Shown here piece after piece: positions 1 to 5,321 of a stretch of DNA of 5,321 nt (position 1 is its first letter; each line of letters starts with the position of its first letter). The notes under the pieces were generated by a model. The model did not search any database. It was not told the origin of the DNA and saw only the letters and a program-made list of their open reading frames with translations. Made by a program: the position numbers and the translations under genes. This DNA is from Paramicrosporidium saccamoebae KSL3 (Eukaryota > Fungi > Cryptomycota), in contig MTSL01000130.1 of NCBI GenBank assembly GCA_002794465.1, positions 1 through 5,321 on the forward strand, written 5' to 3'.

Positions 1-114
1 AATCTTCGAGACTTGTTCCGCTGGGTCGACCTGGCGAGTAGAAATGGCGAGTATCCCCCAGAGTACTATTTGGGACTGATTTTTCTCTCAAGGATGCGCT
101 CGATTGAAGATCGT
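1..114 (+). other. C-terminal helical (small) subdomain of midasin AAA5
   Basis: NLRDLFRW followed by RMRSIEDR matches the (F)NLRD..RW...R.R...DR pattern that follows each midasin AAA large subdomain. It is numbered AAA5 because the next module is the last one before the linker. Confidence 0.75.
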
Positions 115-3100
115 CGGATTCTTCGGAGCATTCTAGCCGAGTATTTCGTCACCACTGACTTTGATAGCCCACATTATCATGTTGCTGAAAACATTTTACA
201 GATTGGTGGGGTTTCCTTGGATCTATCGGCAGCTGTTCGTTCAGACCTAACCATTCTACCATCCCAATTAGCAGCCCTCGAAGCTCTAATTGCCTGCTAC
301 CAACAGAGCTGGTTAAGCATCATTCATGGAACTGTTGGTAAAAGCAGTCTTGTTCGTCTCCTTGCTTCGTTGGTCGGTCGATCTGTTGTAGAAATTTCCT
401 TATCAACTGAATCTGATACTGCAGATTTGCTGGGTTCTTTTGAGCAGACTACTCCGGATGAAGAACGTCAGCGCATCCTAGATGAGGCGTCTTCTATCCT
501 CAACCGGCCCGTCACTTTAGAGGATTTCCAGTCGGACAAATTTCCAGAACTTTGCGACCTGAGGGCAAGAATGGAAAATATTAATTCCGAATTAATCTTT
601 GAATGGAAAGACGGTCCGTTGGTGCGTGCCCTTACCCAAGGCTGCTGGATCATTCTCGATAACTGCGATTCGTGCCCACCCTCGGTTCTCGATCGTCTCA
701 ACTCTTTATTTGAGCCGAATGGATTCCTGACGCTCTCAGAGTGTGCATCCATTGAACCAAGAATCATTTCCCCCTCACTGGGCTTTCGTGTTTTCATGTT
801 GTGCAGTGGGCGTGGGGAGATGAGTAGGGCGATGAGAAATCGTGGATTAGAGATTTGGACTGGCGAAGCAGGCAAAGTGTTTGAAAAATGTGATACAGTA
901 TTGGAAAAGTGTACTACAGTGCTGGAAAAATGTGATGTAGTGCGAGCTTCAGGAAATGTCGACAACACCATTGCCAGTCAGATTATGCAAAGAGTGGACA
1001 CATGGAAAGATTTGGGCCGTATTGGCGAACTGGCTCAGAAACGCCAGTCTGTGGATTCCGTTTTAGGATGCTTTCCTTTGGTTCGGACTTTTGAAAATAT
1101 TTCTGAACAAGCGGCGTTTTGGGTTGCATCCGAGCTGAGGGGTTCATTTGGTCGTAATCTTGGCCAATATCAGTCTCTTGTGATACAACACCTCTTTTCT
1201 CGCCTGCCCGTTGTTGCATCTGTACGTGATACTTTGTTGGCGCTCTGGGATATTGGAAATTTCAGATTCGTCATTGTGAACAAGGATGCCAACTTGGTAA
1301 ACTGCCACCGTGTACTTGTTTCCGATCTGTCTGGGCAATTTAACGAGTTGAAAGCTATTGATCTGGAATGGAAAAGGGTCTGGAAGCACCATTTGGTAAA
1401 TGCCAAAACTTCAAAGGTGATCCAGTCTATTGCCAGACTGCCAGTTGCTAGCAATCTATATCAGGTAGTCACGGAAATATTGTCCGTCCATTCGGAAAAT
1501 ATCGACAAAATTCCTGCTTTGGATCTTTCCAAGGCTGATTTGTCGTCGAGTGAGTTGGCACAGAATGTTCTCGGACCGTTATGCAATTCGATAAAACGAA
1601 TGGCCTTGTTATCGATCATGCCCGGCTCGTCCTTTGATCGCCGACTTGAACTTTCTGGAGCTTCATTTGATGGTCTACTTTGTATAAATACTTGCGCAGC
1701 GGACACTATTCGTCGATTACAAGATGCTGCCAAAGGCTTATCGGTGGGTCAGAGTCGCGATTGGAACGTTTTGCAGAGACAGATTGTAAGCAATGCAATC
1801 CATCTCTCTTCATTATCAGAGGGACTCGACAATGATTTGCAAAAGTTGGCGACATGCGAGATTCCCTATTTAGCTCCGGTGGGTGGGGAATCGGACACGG
1901 GCAGAATTCTCGCCTCTAGGGGACTATGCATGTTCCGGGTATTCCTCGAAAGTTATACATTAGTGGATCCTGCTGAATATTACAGTAACAAGTATCAACG
2001 CATTTCCAGCATTTATGAGATGAACTCTGACCTTGTCAAGTGCCAGACCACTCTCCGTGCCCAATTACTTGGCGACGAGTCTATTCCAGAAGCATTTGCC
2101 ACCCTGCTCGATAAGCAAGCTGCCAGAATCACTGAATTACAGCCAATTTCGACCCGTGACCTGTCCTGTAGACGATTGCTCATTCAGTCCCTGTCCCAAT
2201 ATGTGTCTGCATTGATCCCTTCAATTGAGCGATGGCTTCAGAGTGGTGTAGGCAATCACGAAACGATTATGGAAAATTTGCGTACTGTGCAGGCGCGGCT
2301 GATCGGAAAAGGTGAACTGGACATTGCGCTTCCGCTAGTTTATGCCATTGATCTGATGATGCTTGGCATCGAGTCTACCATTGTAAAGAGTAGCGCTGCT
2401 GACTCTTCATCCGCATTGGCGGTCAGGACTAACTTTCAGTCGGACGACGTAATGCGCACAACGGCTGATTGTAAAGAAAAGCTGGGAAGATTTGTGCTTT
2501 ATAGACGGCTAGAAAAGGCCCTTGGACGGAGCGGCAAGGTCTCAACGCAAACTGAAGCTTTGTTAAAGGACTGCATCCACAATCTTTACGAATGGTGCCA
2601 ATCTCACAAGATGGAAGGCGACACCTTTAGCTATGATGGTGGGGATGATGAGGTACGCGAAAAGCAGATTATGGAACGCATGTTCAGTTCAGCTATCAAG
2701 ACTGATCCTGTATATGCCATGATGCGATTATTGGACACAGTCTTTTCCTCGTCGGCCACAATAGACGAAGCTTGGATGGAATTACTCCCTGCCATTGGTG
2801 TAGAAAGTTCACGAACTCTTATTGAAACTGCATATCGCAAGAGGCCAGCACAGAACAAGGTTAATATTTATCGGGACACTAACCAAGACGAAATTTCATC
2901 CTCGTTAAGAGTCATCAAGTCGCTCTCTGGACGTCTTGAAGAGTTGCTAATGGAATATCCAGAACACGACGTACTCCAATCTTTGGCTGCGCAGTGTGTA
3001 CGCTTTGCCAGTCTTCCAGCTGAAACCCCGATCATTTCACTCTTGACTTCAATGGAGCAACTATTCCAAAAGGCACAGACCTGGCAATCTTGTGCTGATC

Positions 3101-5321
3101 GAGCCCATTCTCTGCCACTTGAAGCCTGCACTGAACTGATTATTCACTGGCGGAAGATGGAGTTGGAAGGATGGAGACAGATTCTGGCGGCCGTTGACGA
3201 CGAGTATCACGAAAAGGCCACTGAAAAGTTGCTCTGGCTGTTGCAAGTCTCGATGAGTGTTACGGGCAACTCCTTGGTAGAGTTACTGGACACGTTCTTG
3301 CTAACTGCACCGCTGGGTGAGTTGGAATTTAGATTGAATTTGCTTCAAAGAGTCCCACTGTACCCCATTTGTGATGCAGAGGCTGGACAAGTATTGCGTC
3401 AAGTCTCGATATTTTACTCTGCCATTGAACAAACATTGTCTGAGAACCGAAAGGCGCATAGAAGAGCAATGGAAAGTGAGTTAAAGGCGGCCTTAGTGAC
3501 CACAGTTTGGCGCGACAAGACATATTGGAGTGTCCGCCAGACTGTCGAAAAGACGCATAAACTGGTGGCAAAGCAAGTGCGAAAGTATCGTGAGCTTCTT
3601 GACCAGCCCGTGTCATATCTCATGACCAAGTTTACAGGCACTGGAAGTAGAAAGCTTGATCTAGCCGAAGAGAAACCGACCAAGCCTACTTGGGTGAAGC
3701 CATTGACAGAGGGACTGGCTAGAATTGCACACAAACGACTGGATGATGTGCTTAATGTCCTCGACATAGTCCTAATAAGTCAGACCATTAATGATCTTGC
3801 CGTGACTGTGATTGAGCGGGTGACGTCTCTATCGCAGCTCCAAACTCAGGACTCGGTGCAAGTCAAGCAGCAATCGTTTATTGAGCTTCTTCGTGTGCTC
3901 CGCCGCTGCGGTATGCGTCTCATGCTACGTCCTGGAGAAGGCAGTGTTTCTCAGTTACTTGCAAACGCATCATGTTATAACGGAGCTGCCAAGACGGAGG
4001 ATTATCTAGCCAGGTCGTTGACTGCATGGCAGGAGCTGTCAAATCCCGCCTTTGAGGTGAACGATGATCTGGGCGTACGACAAGTCGAGGTGTCTCGAGC
4101 AGTAGTATTCCGTGTTCTCGAGACGGCTGTCGGGCAGCGTCAGCTGCTTGGATCCCTAAAACGTCAGACAGAAAAGTGCAAAGCGCTTTTTGGTGAAATT
4201 GAGCAGAGACGCAATGCTAATATTGCGGTCAAGACGACCGACGTGGATAGTACCTTGGCACTGGTTGAAAAATGTCTTGTTCTGACTCGACAGGCAAGTT
4301 ACTTTTTGCAGCCCCACATTGAATTTTCTAGTGGCTACGAACAGCTACTTACATTGCTAAATCGTACTGAACAAATGCTTGCCAGCGTCATGAAGGATCT
4401 GAAACCATCCGTAGCGAACATTGTTTGGATGGAGGCGTCTGTGTTTGAAAGTGTAAACGCACGTCTAGATGGCATTCCGGCAATGGACGCAAACATTTCA
4501 GCCGTGCGGGATTTCCTTGAGCCTCTCGTAAATTTGCTTTCTCAATTGCGCCCAATCAATGCCGTGGCAGTTGAAATGTCTTCCAAAGATTATTTGAAAG
4601 AAATTTTGTTGTTGATACAGTCGATGGAAGGAATACAGTCTGCGGTCCTTGAGCGTGGTGAATTTGAAATTGACGAATTTGGGCTTTACGACCAATGTCT
4701 CACCAAAAGTCGTAGTATGACTGAAGGGTTGGATCTTGTTGGACATGTTTCTCGTCTCTCTGACATTTTTACTCATGCTCTTCAAAGCTACGGATCCGAA
4801 GAATTCGTTTCTGTTGCCAAAGTTGTGATGAACGCTGTCGAAACTATAGAAGAACGTCTGGCTACGCAGCACCTTGCCACCAATAAGCTCACGCTCATCT
4901 GTTCCCACGTCATCCGAACTCTCTTTACTCAAGGCTTCTGTCGTCCTCGCGAGACACCCAAGGAAGATGCAGAGGGTGCGGAGGGTTCAGCAGATGGAAC
5001 GGGAATGGCAGAGGGCAGTGGCGAAAAGAATGTCAGCAACGAAATTGAATTTGAGGAGCAAATAACTGACCTTATGAACGAAGATGCCTCATCGGATCCT
5101 AATGACGAAAAACCCGAAAAGGAGGAAAATGTGGAAATGCGAGATGATTTTGATGCACAGCAAAACGACGCAGACGACGTAGAAGTCGATGATGAAATGG
5201 AGGACGAGATGGGAGAGAATGGCCCTCAAGAAGAGACTCAAGAATTGGATGATGGTTGGAATCCCGACCAAGAGCCTGAGGATGAGCAGAAAGGTAAAGA
5301 TGAGCCAGAGCAGGAGCAGGA
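1..5321 (+). CDS. MDN1: Midasin (MDN1/Rea1) AAA+ ATPase, internal fragment: end of AAA5, AAA6, linker and start of D/E-rich region; 5' and 3' partial
   Basis: Manual translation of frame +1 from nt 1 shows no stop codon to the window end. Midasin-type motifs recalled from the family occur in the expected order: NLRDLFRW (1-24), RMRSIEDR (91-114), GKSSLVRLLA (337-366), DTADLLGSFEQ (415-447), FEWKDGPLVRALTQGCWIILDN (598-663), SVLDRLNSLFEPNG (682-723), SRAMRNRG (823-846), DPA (1966-1974), LLMEYPEH (2944-2967), WRKMELEGW (3148-3174), LGELEFRL (3313-3336), RKYRELLDQPV (3580-3612), LFTQGFCRP (4921-4947), GTGMAEGSGEKNVSNEIEFEEQ (4996-5061), EMRDDF (5134-5151). Identification is by motif recognition, not a database search. 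Confidence 0.96.
247..858 (+). other. Midasin AAA6 large (nucleotide-binding) subdomain
   Basis: Walker A region IIHGTVGKS (319-345), DLLGSFEQ, FEWKDG, Walker B WIILDN (646-663), SVLDRLNSL, FRVFM and SRAMRNR (arginine-finger region). Asn instead of the Walker B Glu is, from my recall of the family, typical of midasin AAA6. No further AAA motif follows in the window. Confidence 0.88.
859..4947 (+). other. AAA6 small subdomain plus midasin alpha-helical linker (about 1360 aa)
   Basis: Leu-rich, helical-looking sequence between SRAMRNRGLEIW and GFCRP. It carries conserved midasin linker motifs: DPA, YPEH, WRKMELxxW, LGE..FRL, W.DK.YW....VEKTH..V.KQVRKY...L.QPV. Boundaries are approximate. Confidence 0.8.
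877..942 (+). repeat. In-frame imperfect tandem repeat, 3 x 21 nt, encoding VFEKCDT-VLEKCTT-VLEKCDV(-V)
   Basis: Units: gtgtttgaaaaatgtgataca (877-897), gtattggaaaagtgtactaca (898-918), gtgctggaaaaatgtgatgta (919-939), then gtg (940-942). The V-x-E-K-C codons align in all three units. Confidence 0.9.
4948..5321 (+). other. Start of the midasin D/E-rich low-complexity region (tether to the MIDAS domain), 3' partial
   Basis: Abrupt shift to acidic composition after GFCRP (e.g. EDASSDPNDEKPEKEENVEMRDDFDAQQNDADDVEVDDEMEDEMGE). It contains the GTGxxEGxG.KNVS..IE.EEQ and EM..DF motifs that open this region in midasins. The + strand is purine-rich here. Confidence 0.9.

Noticed and set aside
1-863. 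Prokaryotic MoxR/CbbQ/McrB-type AAA ATPase as an alternative identity
   Set aside because: These share the DLLG, W.DG and LDE/N motifs, but here the module follows another AAA lid and is followed in the same frame by over 1300 aa of midasin linker motifs and the GFC/GTG-acidic tail, an architecture characteristic of midasin.
877-942. The 21-nt repeat as a CRISPR array or mobile-element footprint
   Set aside because: The units are directly adjacent with no spacers, diverged, in frame inside a eukaryotic gene, and I saw no terminal inverted repeats or target-site duplication.
983-3616. Other minus-strand ORFs (983-1219, 1144-1392, 3061-3246, 3329-3616)
   Set aside because: They are short, motif-free and fully overlapped by a strongly supported CDS on the opposite strand.
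468-3767. Six minus-strand ORFs in one frame (468-971, 1170-1454, 1461-1733, 2631-2858, 2868-3131, 3414-3767), which could look like a fragmented antisense gene
   Set aside because: All have low coordinates divisible by 3, the antisense frame whose third codon positions coincide with those of the midasin frame. Stops there arise only where a sense Tyr codon follows T/C or a His/Gln codon follows T, so long open stretches are expected. The products are Ser/Arg-rich with no recognisable motif. The HFSN repeats in 468-971 are just the reverse complement of the 21-nt repeat.
4171-4455. Distant echoes of the repeat unit: EKC at 4171-4179, ttgaaaaatgt (LVEKC) at 4265-4275, gtgtttgaaa at 4441-4450
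   Set aside because: Matches of only 9-11 nt using common codons are plausible by chance in 5.3 kb, and there is no flanking similarity to indicate a dispersed repeat.
4498-4932. 144-aa minus-strand ORF
   Set aside because: It lies wholly within the midasin CDS and has no recognisable domain, so it is treated as a shadow ORF.
2033-5065. Plus-strand alternative-frame ORFs (2033-2215, 4874-5065)
   Set aside because: They are only 60-63 aa, nested out of frame in midasin, with no independent evidence. The RRVQQMEREW stretch simply mirrors the AEG/ADG repeats in another frame.
5089-5271. 60-aa very hydrophobic minus-strand ORF resembling a small membrane protein
   Set aside because: It is the reverse complement of the GAN-rich Asp/Glu tail, which is T/C-rich and automatically gives Phe/Leu/Ile/Val codons. 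This is a compositional artefact.

Overview
The whole 5321-nt window is one uninterrupted reading frame on the + strand (frame 1: 1773 full codons, no stop by my manual translation, running off both ends). The supplied ORF track does not list it. It encodes an internal fragment of eukaryotic midasin (MDN1/Rea1), the giant dynein-related AAA+ ATPase of pre-60S ribosome maturation. The fragment covers the end of AAA5 (NLRDLFRW...RMRSIEDR), all of AAA6 (about nt 247-858), a helical linker of about 1360 aa, and the start of the D/E-rich tether (from about nt 4948). The N-terminal domain, AAA1-4 and the C-terminal MIDAS domain lie outside the window. No intron is needed to keep the frame open, so this is either an intron-poor compact eukaryote or an assembled transcript. 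I found no evidence of a new multi-gene system, mobile element, RNA gene or CRISPR array: this is a known housekeeping gene. Its unusual features are an AAA6 P-loop shortened by two residues, a short AAA6 helix-2 insert, a 3 x 21-nt in-frame tandem repeat just after AAA6, and an apparently compact linker. The ORFs in the supplied track are best explained as shadows of this CDS.
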